Shown here in pieces: positions 9,800-17,219 of a stretch of DNA of 61,228 nucleotides. The notes below the pieces were generated by a model, which was given only the letters and a program-made list of their open reading frames with translations, did not search any database and was not told where the DNA came from. Source of the DNA: an uncultured Bacilli bacterium (GTDB lineage: Bacteria; Bacillota_I; Bacilli_A; RF39; UBA660); the NCBI GenBank assembly GCA_934089255.1, contig CAKOJI010000003.1:1-61228 (forward strand), in the 5' to 3' direction. The first letter of the stretch is position 1, and each line of letters begins with the position of its first letter. A program made the translations under genes and the position numbers.

Positions 9800-11425
9800 A
9801 TGAACAGAAAACAGAAGATTATAGTAAGTGTAACAGGAATATTTATAGTATTATTAATACTTGTAGGATTAACATATGCATACTTCTTAACTAGAATACA
9901 AGGAAATACTAATACTAAATCTATTTCAGTTACAACTGCAGATTTAAAATTAACATACGGAGATGGAACTAATCAAGTATTAGCACCAGATACAAAATTA
10001 CTTCCTGGTAGTGATGCAATAGGTACTAAGGATTTTACTGTTACAAATGAAGGAAACAGTAAAACTAGTTATGTAGTAGTAATTGAAGATGTAAGTATTA
10101 CTAAAAATGGTAGTACTACTACATTCGAATCTAATGACTTTAGATATACTTTAACTTGTACTAAAAAAGATGGTACAAAATGTGATGGGATTACATCACA
10201 AACAATATTTCCAATAAATGGTGGACTTTTAATATCAAATAGTGTAGATGTAAGTGATGTACAATCATACACATTAACATTATGGTATATAGATACTGGA
10301 ATAGACCAATCAAATGATATGGGAAAAACATATAATGCAAAAGTAAATATAAAAGATACTGATTCATTAACATTAAATAATCCATATAGAAATGAAACAG
10401 ATACATTAAAGAAAACTATAATAGATAATGCTATGATAGGAACTGGTAGTACTAAAATGGGTAGTGAAGTAACTACATTTACTAAAGTTTCAGGAGAAAA
10501 TGACAAACTACTTAATACAGCACCAGATGATTATGGTACAAGTTACTATTACTATGGAGCAGTAACAGATAATTATGTATCATTTGCAAATAAACTATGG
10601 AGAATAGTACGAATTAATGGAGATGGCTCAATAAGACTAGTTTTAGATGATGTTGCAAAAGATAGTAGTGGAAGTGTAATAGAAACTGAATTTAATCCAA
10701 ATTTTGATGATAATGCATATGTAGGATATATGTATGGCACAACAGGAAGTACAACATATGATGAAACGCACAGGAATATAAATGATAGTACAATAAAAAC
10801 AAATGTAGATAAGTGGTATGAAGATAATTTAAAAACAAATTATGCAAACTATTTATCAGATACATTATTCTGTAATGATAAAACACTTTCTTCAAGTGGT
10901 ATAGGTGAAGTGACAACACAACTTGGTTATGGAGCAAATAGAACATTTTATTCAACAACAGAAAGATTGGAATATAGTACAGGAACAACAGACATAACAA
11001 CTGCAAAGCCAACATTTAAATGTGCAGAAAGTGCAACAAATGATTATTCAAGATTTACAGTAAATGTCATAACACTACCAAATGGAAATAAAACAAATGG
11101 AAATTTAACATATCCAGTAGGACTACTAACAGCTGATGAAGTATCATTTGCTGGAGCATACAAAAGTGGTCAAACAAATAAATCATGTTATTTATACAAT
11201 TCTTCCATATCTTCTCGTTGGTGGCTTTCGTCTCCGGATTTTTATGGCGGTTCGACTGCGTTTGAGTGGGTCGTTTATGCATCGTATGGTTACTTCGGAA
11301 GCAATGACGTCGTCAACAGTGGTGGTGTCGATCCTGTCGCTTTCCGCCCTAGTATCAATCTAAAGGCTGAAACGCTTGTGAGTCAGGGTGATGGTACTAA
11401 ATCAAATCCTTATGTTATAAAATAA
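9800..11425 (+). CDS. Secreted protein with a SipW/TasA-type signal peptide. It has a TasA-like N-domain and a large C-terminal adhesin-like domain ending in a WW..SP...FRP module.
   Basis: The N-terminus MNRKQKIIVSVTGIFIVLLILVGLTYAYF matches the TasA/camelysin signal class. The N-domain is paralogous to 36310..37056 and 44943..45722. The C-terminus is homologous to 222..527. Confidence 0.8.
   Translation: MNRKQKIIVSVTGIFIVLLILVGLTYAYFLTRIQGNTNTKSISVTTADLKLTYGDGTNQVLAPDTKLLPGSDAIGTKDFTVTNEGNSKTSYVVVIEDVSITKNGSTTTFESNDFRYTLTCTKKDGTKCDGITSQTIFPINGGLLISNSVDVSDVQSYTLTLWYIDTGIDQSNDMGKTYNAKVNIKDTDSLTLNNPYRNETDTLKKTIIDNAMIGTGSTKMGSEVTTFTKVSGENDKLLNTAPDDYGTSYYYYGAVTDNYVSFANKLWRIVRINGDGSIRLVLDDVAKDSSGSVIETEFNPNFDDNAYVGYMYGTTGSTTYDETHRNINDSTIKTNVDKWYEDNLKTNYANYLSDTLFCNDKTLSSSGIGEVTTQLGYGANRTFYSTTERLEYSTGTTDITTAKPTFKCAESATNDYSRFTVNVITLPNGNKTNGNLTYPVGLLTADEVSFAGAYKSGQTNKSCYLYNSSISSRWWLSSPDFYGGSTAFEWVVYASYGYFGSNDVVNSGGVDPVAFRPSINLKAETLVSQGDGTKSNPYVIK
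11221..11350 (+). other. Adenine-depleted, GC-rich codon island inside the CDS (candidate hypervariable region)
   Basis: My hand count gives A17 T45 G39 C29 of 130 nt. It is full of codons that are rare elsewhere in the window (tcg, gtc, ggc, gcg, cgc, ccg). Confidence 0.5.
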
Positions 11426-11430
11426 AATAT

Positions 11431-11505
11431 AAATCCACAAAATATTGTGGATTTTTTGATATTTAAGAGTGTATTTTAATATGATAGTATTAGAGTGGTG
11501 GTAGT
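11431..11505 (+). promoter_or_regulatory. Repeated terminator + promoter module (copy 1), upstream of the hydrolase-murF-ddl operon
   Basis: aatccacaa..ttgtggatt hairpin + T-run, then TTGATA-18-TATGAT. A ~75-nt near-copy lies at 30378..30452. Confidence 0.6.
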
Positions 11506-12246
11506 ATGTTTAAAAGAATAAATGATGTAAATATACATTATGAATTTAATGTTATAGGTAGTGATATTACTATTGTTTTACTTCATGGTTGGGGTCAAAA
11601 TATTGAAATGATGAAACCGTTGGGTGAAAGATTTAAAGAATACTTTAATATTTTATATGTGGATTTACCTGGATTTGGTAAGAGTGAAGAACCAGATAAA
11701 GTATGGAGTGTTTATGATTATAGTCGTACGTTACATAAATTATTTAATGAGTTAAATTTAAATAAAATTATTTTAATAGGACATTCGTTTGGTGGAAAGA
11801 TATCTCTTGTTTATTCATCTATTTATAAAGTAGAAAAATTAGTTTGTTTAGCTAGTCCATATTGTAAAGAAATTACACGTTTACCTATTAAAACAAAAAT
11901 ATATAAAAAAATTAAAAAAGTATGGGGTTTAAGATGGCTTAGTAGTATTCTTTCTAATTTTATTGGAAGTAGTGATTATAAAAAAGCAAGTACAATAATG
12001 AGAGGAGTTTTAGTTAATTCTATAAATATTGATATTGTAGAAGATATTAAAAAAATTAAGACTCCGACATTACTAATTTGGGGTACGCTTGATACTGCTG
12101 TACCTTTAAAAAGAGCATATGAATTAGAGAGTTTAATTAAAGATTCTGGTGTAGTAGTTTATGAAGGTGCTACTCATTATGCTTATTTAGAAAGATTAAA
12201 TGAAGTAGTTTGTGTTTTGTATAATTTCTTTAATATTAAGGAGTGA
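11506..12246 (+). CDS. Alpha/beta-fold hydrolase
   Basis: HGWGQN oxyanion region, GHSFGG nucleophile elbow and a C-terminal GATHY His region. Confidence 0.8.
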   Translation: MFKRINDVNIHYEFNVIGSDITIVLLHGWGQNIEMMKPLGERFKEYFNILYVDLPGFGKSEEPDKVWSVYDYSRTLHKLFNELNLNKIILIGHSFGGKISLVYSSIYKVEKLVCLASPYCKEITRLPIKTKIYKKIKKVWGLRWLSSILSNFIGSSDYKKASTIMRGVLVNSINIDIVEDIKKIKTPTLLIWGTLDTAVPLKRAYELESLIKDSGVVVYEGATHYAYLERLNEVVCVLYNFFNIKE

Positions 12247-12251
12247 TATTT

Positions 12252-13820
12252 TTGTATATAATTATATTTAATATATTGAGTTCGTTTTTGTATATATTTA
12301 TTAAAACTAAAAAGAATTTACATATGTTACAACAAAATTTTTATAATGAAAATAATAGATATATAAAGTGGGGTTATAAAAATTTTAATCAAGTTATTAA
12401 ATTAGATGTAGTAGTTTGTGTTATAAACTTAATTAATTTATTTTTTAAAAATAATATATTATGTTATAGTTTTTTATTATATTTAGTTTTTTATATTATA
12501 GAAAATAATAAATTAAAAAAAGAAACAGTTAAGATACCTTTAAAGGTTACTAATAGAATTAAACGTTTAGTTATGAGTATATGTTTATTGTATTTATTGA
12601 GTATAGTTTTATTAATTAAAAGTAAATATGAATATAATTTATTATTTAGTTTGTTAATATCTTTAAATTTTTATGTTGTATTTATTTCTAATATAATTAA
12701 TAAGCCTATAGAAAAGTGTGTATTTTTATATTATAAATTTAAGGCAATAAAGAAACTTAAATCTAATAAGAATCTTGATGTAATAGGTATAACTGGTAGT
12801 TATGGTAAGACTAGTAGTAAGAATATTTTAAATGATATATTAAGTGTTAAATATGATGTTCTTGCTACACCATTAAATTATAATACTGAGTATGGTTTAA
12901 TTTTAAGTATTAATAATTATCTAGATAAGTTTAATAATATTTTTATTGCTGAAATGGGTGCTTTTAAAATGGGTAGAATAGAAAAATTATGTAAGTTAGT
13001 TAAACCTAAATATGGAATAATAACTAGTATTGGTACTGCTCATTTAGAAACGTTTGGTAGTAGAGAAAATATACAAAAGGGTAAATTTGAACTTATTGAG
13101 AATATTAAAAGTGATGGTGTTGGAATTCTTAATATGGATGATCCTTATCAAGTAAGTTATAAGATTAAGAATAATTGTAAAATTATTTGGATTGGTATAG
13201 ATAGTGATGCTGATATTAAAGCTAGTAATATAAACATAGATTCTAATGGAATGAGTTTTGATGTATATTTTAAAGAAGATAAAGTAACACATACTTTTAA
13301 AACTAAATTGTTAGGTAAGGCTAATGTATATAATATACTTGCTGGTGTTGCATTTGGTAAATATATGGGTATGAATTTTAATGAGTTAGAAATAGGTGTT
13401 AAAAGGATTAAACCTATTACACATAGGTTAGAGTTAAAACGTATGAATAATTATACTATTATTGATGATGCTTATAATTCTAATCCAGTTGGTTCTAAGA
13501 TGGCGCTTGATGTTTTAAATTTAATGGATGGTGAAAAAATTGTTGTTACTCCTGGAATGATAGAGTTAGGTAGTGAGCAATATAGTTTAAATAAACAATT
13601 TGGTAAATATATTAGTGAAGTTGCTGATAATGTTATATTAGTTGGTGAAAAACAGACTAAGCCAATATTAGATGGATTAATTAGTAATAATTATAATATA
13701 AATAAAATTAAAATAATTAATGATGTAAGAGAAGCATTTTCTATAATAGATAGTATAAAAACTGAAAAAGAGAAATATGTTTTATTAGAAAATGATTTAC
13801 CTGATATATTTAATGAGTAG
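12252..13820 (+). CDS. murF: MurF-type UDP-MurNAc-tripeptide--D-Ala-D-Ala ligase with a ~170-aa polytopic N-terminal membrane extension
   Basis: GITGSYGKTSSK P-loop, AEMGAFKMGRIEKL, TSIGTAHLETFGS and IIDDAYNSNP. About 5 predicted TM helices precede the P-loop. TTG 12252 lies 9 nt after AAGGAG; the ORF track starts at GTG 12243. Confidence 0.8.
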   Translation: MYIIIFNILSSFLYIFIKTKKNLHMLQQNFYNENNRYIKWGYKNFNQVIKLDVVVCVINLINLFFKNNILCYSFLLYLVFYIIENNKLKKETVKIPLKVTNRIKRLVMSICLLYLLSIVLLIKSKYEYNLLFSLLISLNFYVVFISNIINKPIEKCVFLYYKFKAIKKLKSNKNLDVIGITGSYGKTSSKNILNDILSVKYDVLATPLNYNTEYGLILSINNYLDKFNNIFIAEMGAFKMGRIEKLCKLVKPKYGIITSIGTAHLETFGSRENIQKGKFELIENIKSDGVGILNMDDPYQVSYKIKNNCKIIWIGIDSDADIKASNINIDSNGMSFDVYFKEDKVTHTFKTKLLGKANVYNILAGVAFGKYMGMNFNELEIGVKRIKPITHRLELKRMNNYTIIDDAYNSNPVGSKMALDVLNLMDGEKIVVTPGMIELGSEQYSLNKQFGKYISEVADNVILVGEKQTKPILDGLISNNYNINKIKIINDVREAFSIIDSIKTEKEKYVLLENDLPDIFNE

Positions 13821-13833
13821 AAAGAAGGATTTT

Positions 13834-15009
13834 ATGAAGATTAAAGTTGGTGTTATATTTGGTGGAGAAAGTGTAGAACATGAAGTAAGTATAATTAGTG
13901 CATTACAAGCAATAAATAATATTGATAAAAATAAGTATATAGTAGTACCTATTTATATTTCAAAAGACAAGGTGTGGTATACAGGAAAAGATTTATGTGA
14001 TATATCTATTTATAATGATTTAGATAAAGTTAAAAAAAATTCTAAAAGTGTAAGTTTATGTAAGGTTGGTAATGAATACTATTTAATACAGACAAAAGGT
14101 TTATTAAATAAAATTGTTGATAAAATAGATATAGCTTTTCCTATTGTTCATGGACAAAATGTAGAAGATGGTTCTTTAGCAGGGTATTTAGAAACTGTTG
14201 GAATTCCGTATGTTGGACCTAATGTTCTTGGTGCTAGTTTAGGACAAGATAAAGTAGTTATGAAACAAGTATTTGAATCTTCTAATATTCCGGTAGTAGA
14301 TTATGTGTGGTTTTATGAAAGTGATTATATAAATGATGAAGAAAAATATTTAAGAGACATTAAAAAACTTGAGTATCCAGTTCTTGTTAAACCAGCTAGT
14401 TTAGGTAGTAGTGTAGGTATAAATTTTGTTAAAAATGAAAATGAAATAAAAGATGCAATAAATGAAGCTTTTACTTATGATGATAAAATTGTTGTTGAAA
14501 AAGCAGTAGAGAATTTAATTGAAGTTAATTGTAGTGTTTTAGGTGATAAGAATATGCAAAGTACTAGTGTAATAGAACAAGTCTTATCTAATAATCAAAT
14601 TTTAACTTACGAAGATAAATATATTGGAGATTCTAAAAAAAGTGGTGTAAAGAGTAAGGGTATGGCTAGTACTAATAGGATTATACCAGCTAGAATAAAT
14701 AAAGAGTTAGCTCATAGTGTAAGTAATATTAGTAAAGATGTTTTTAAAGTACTAAATTTAAGTGGAGTATGTAGAATAGATTTTTTAATTAATTCAAAAA
14801 CAAATGAAGTATTTGTAAATGAACCAAATACTATTCCAGGGTCTTTATCATATTATTTATGGGAAAAATCTAATATAAAATATAGTGAATTATTAGATAG
14901 ATTAATTAGTATTAGTATTAAAAATTATAAAGATAGAAGAAAAAAAGTATTTAGTTTTGATACTAATATATTAAAAAATTATAATAAAAATAGTGGTTTT
15001 AAGAAATAA
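13834..15009 (+). CDS. ddl: D-alanine--D-alanine ligase
   Basis: MKIKVGVIFGGESVEHEVS N-terminus and ATP-grasp motifs (LVKPASLGSSVGI, EPNTIPG). The start is set to ATG 13834; the ORF track starts at 13792, which would overlap murF. Confidence 0.9.
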   Translation: MKIKVGVIFGGESVEHEVSIISALQAINNIDKNKYIVVPIYISKDKVWYTGKDLCDISIYNDLDKVKKNSKSVSLCKVGNEYYLIQTKGLLNKIVDKIDIAFPIVHGQNVEDGSLAGYLETVGIPYVGPNVLGASLGQDKVVMKQVFESSNIPVVDYVWFYESDYINDEEKYLRDIKKLEYPVLVKPASLGSSVGINFVKNENEIKDAINEAFTYDDKIVVEKAVENLIEVNCSVLGDKNMQSTSVIEQVLSNNQILTYEDKYIGDSKKSGVKSKGMASTNRIIPARINKELAHSVSNISKDVFKVLNLSGVCRIDFLINSKTNEVFVNEPNTIPGSLSYYLWEKSNIKYSELLDRLISISIKNYKDRRKKVFSFDTNILKNYNKNSGFKK

Positions 15010-15074
15010 AGTGTATATTACTTTACATAAATTTTAAAAAATTTTAAATTTTGTATTTATTTTTTTAAAATATT

Positions 15075-15083
15075 TGATATAAT
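15075..15083 (+). promoter_or_regulatory. Extended -10 promoter (TGaTATAAT) for the sRNA candidate
   Basis: The TGATATAAT sequence ends 6-7 nt before the first base of the long hairpin. Confidence 0.45.
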
Positions 15084-15089
15084 AAATAT

Positions 15090-15194
15090 GCACAACAGAG
15101 TTCTGTATATACACTTAACTTTACTCACACTTTGTAATGATGTCGACAATTATGACAAAGTCCATATATGCGCCTTCTGTTGTGCTTTTTTTTT
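15090..15194 (+). ncRNA. Candidate ~105-nt small RNA: one long imperfect hairpin ending in a U9 tract
   Basis: GCACAACAGA (15090..15099) pairs with TCTGTTGTGC (15176..15185). Inner pairings include ACTTTGT/ACAAAGT. A T9 run follows at 15186..15194. The region has no ORF. Confidence 0.4.
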
Positions 15195-15217
15195 GCTTTA
15201 AATTATGTTAAAATTAA

Positions 15218-15270
15218 TTTGAAATGCGAATAATTATATTTTTAGACATAAAAGTGGGCTTTTAGACGTG
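15218..15270 (+). promoter_or_regulatory. Conserved upstream box (copy 1) with TTTTAGAC direct repeats
   Basis: tttgaaatgcgaataattatatttttagacataaaagt is identical to 19111..19148. A second TTTTAGAC repeat lies ~20 nt downstream. Confidence 0.5.
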
Positions 15271-15335
15271 TTTTTTAATTTAATTATAAAATTATGGTAT
15301 TGTATTTTACAATTTCAATTAGGGGAGTGATTAAT

Positions 15336-17159
15336 ATGTTAAAAGAAAAAACAGGATATGCAAGTATTGATAAACCTTGGTTAAAGTATTATCCTAACAA
15401 TGTGTATGAAACAGTTACAGAAAATGTTGATGAAAAAATATTTGATTTTATGCATTCAAAAAATATTGATGATTTAAATGATTATGCTTTAAGTTATTTT
15501 GGAAGAAAAATAACTTATACTGAAATGTTTAGCGAAATAGAAAATTATGCAAAAATACTTAAAGGATATGGAATTGGCAAAAATGATATAGTTTCATTAT
15601 GTTTACCTAACATTCCAGAAACAGTGTATTTAAAATATGCTTTAAATAGAATTGGTGCTATTTCTAATATGATTGATCCTAGACAAAGTAGTCAAAATAT
15701 TTTATCTTTTGTAAATGATACAAATTCTAAATTATTATTTTGTATTTTGGATGCTTGTGAGTTAAAAATCAATCCTATAATAGATAAATTAAAAGTTGAT
15801 GATGTTGTTATTTTAAGTGTTTCAGATTCGTTAAATATGAATACTAATTTGACATCTTCTATAGTAAATTTGATGTATAAAATCAAAAAAAATGATTATA
15901 TAAATAAAAATAAAAATTATAAAAGTAAATATAAATTTAATGATGATTTAAATAAATTCTATACTGATTATTTAAATGTTGATACTAATTATGAACCCGA
16001 TGATGTTGCAACAATAATGTACACTAGTGGTACAACAGGTACAGCAAAGGGTGCTATGTTAACTAATGAAGCTTATAATACAATGCATAATCAATTACAA
16101 TATACAGCTGATTTTAGAAGAAAAGATACTTTTTTTGGAGCTATTCCATTCTTTTCGGCATATGGTTCTTTTTGTGGAATGCATAATTCGTTGTGTTCAG
16201 GACAAGAAATAATTTTGTTACCTAAAATTGATCCAAATAAAATAGATAAAGTATTGTTAAAATATAAACCAAATATATCTTTCTTGGTTCCTGGATATTG
16301 GGAAAGTTTTAGCAATAGTAAAAAAGCGAATAAAAAAGATTTATCATATATGAAAATTATTGTTGCCGGAGGAGATAAATGGGCGCCTGCATCAATTAAT
16401 ATTGTTAACGATTTCTTGAAAAAACAAAATTGCGAACATAAAGCAAGAGTTGGTTATGGTGCAACAGAATTTGGTGGTGCTGTCTCAGTTGTTCCTGAAA
16501 GTGATTTATATATAGCAGGAAGCGCTGGTTTAGTTTTACCATCTTGTAATGCAATGGTAATTGATAGAGAAACTAATGATGAATTGAAATATAATGAGAT
16601 AGGTGAGATTTGTATATCATCTCCAACAATGATGAAAGGTTATATAAACAAAGAAGAAGAAACTAATCAATTAGTTATTGTTAAAAATAATGAAAAATTT
16701 TATAAAACTGGAGATCAAGGATATATTAATGAAGATGGAATTATTTTCGTTATTGACAGATATAAACGTTCAATGATGAGACCAGATGGTCATACAGTGC
16801 ATGCAACTCCAATAGAAAATACAATTTTAGAAAATGAAAATGTCGAAAAATGTTGTGTTGTTGGTTTAAAAATTGGAGATAAGGCTGGAGATATCCCTAC
16901 TGCATTTATTAAAGTAAAAAATAAAACTAATATAGAAGACTTTATAAATGAATTAGATAATTATTGTTTAAAATACTTAGCTGAAAGGGATAGAGCATTA
17001 GCATATGTTTTAATCGATGAAATGCCATATAATCTAATGGGAAAAATTGATTATAGAAAATTAGAACAAATTAATATAAAAGACTTAGATATAATAATTG
17101 TTGATAATACATTTTTTAGGGAAAAAAGTAATAAAAAAATATTAAAATTACAAAAATGA
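15336..17159 (+). CDS. Acyl-adenylate-forming enzyme (ANL superfamily, acyl-CoA/ACP-synthetase-like)
   Basis: YTSGTTGTAKGA AMP-binding motif, GYGATE and TGD. The N-terminal SIDKPWLKYY is shared with 19225..21570. The start is set to ATG 15336 behind AGGGGAG. Confidence 0.8.
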   Translation: MLKEKTGYASIDKPWLKYYPNNVYETVTENVDEKIFDFMHSKNIDDLNDYALSYFGRKITYTEMFSEIENYAKILKGYGIGKNDIVSLCLPNIPETVYLKYALNRIGAISNMIDPRQSSQNILSFVNDTNSKLLFCILDACELKINPIIDKLKVDDVVILSVSDSLNMNTNLTSSIVNLMYKIKKNDYINKNKNYKSKYKFNDDLNKFYTDYLNVDTNYEPDDVATIMYTSGTTGTAKGAMLTNEAYNTMHNQLQYTADFRRKDTFFGAIPFFSAYGSFCGMHNSLCSGQEIILLPKIDPNKIDKVLLKYKPNISFLVPGYWESFSNSKKANKKDLSYMKIIVAGGDKWAPASINIVNDFLKKQNCEHKARVGYGATEFGGAVSVVPESDLYIAGSAGLVLPSCNAMVIDRETNDELKYNEIGEICISSPTMMKGYINKEEETNQLVIVKNNEKFYKTGDQGYINEDGIIFVIDRYKRSMMRPDGHTVHATPIENTILENENVEKCCVVGLKIGDKAGDIPTAFIKVKNKTNIEDFINELDNYCLKYLAERDRALAYVLIDEMPYNLMGKIDYRKLEQINIKDLDIIIVDNTFFREKSNKKILKLQK

Positions 17160-17219
17160 TTTTAATATTTTTTCTTGCTATTACGGGAATATTTTGATAC
17201 TATTAGTCTAGGTGATAAT

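Noticed and set aside
10069-10506. Antisense ORFs of 145 aa and 71 aa (and 10692..11015, 11067..11282) inside the 9800..11425 gene
   Set aside because: They lie opposite a well-supported plus-strand CDS, have no RBS and give low-complexity Leu/Phe/Tyr/His-rich translations. I treat them as chance open frames.
11136-11363. 75-aa plus-strand ORF in an alternative frame across the GC-rich island
   Set aside because: The frame stays open only because the island lacks the A/T-rich stop triplets. It has no start context. The main frame carries the conserved WW..SP/FRP motifs.
13044-13292. Assorted short antisense ORFs in the track (13044..13292, 15692..15886, 16091..16315, 24661..24861, 25782..25964, 45170..45403, 46257..46511, 48202..48387, 54011..54202, 56079..56273, 56670..56888, 41843..42037, 39476..39733, 60120..60314)
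   Set aside because: All lie opposite, or overlap, strongly supported CDSs and lack ribosome-binding sites and recognisable motifs.
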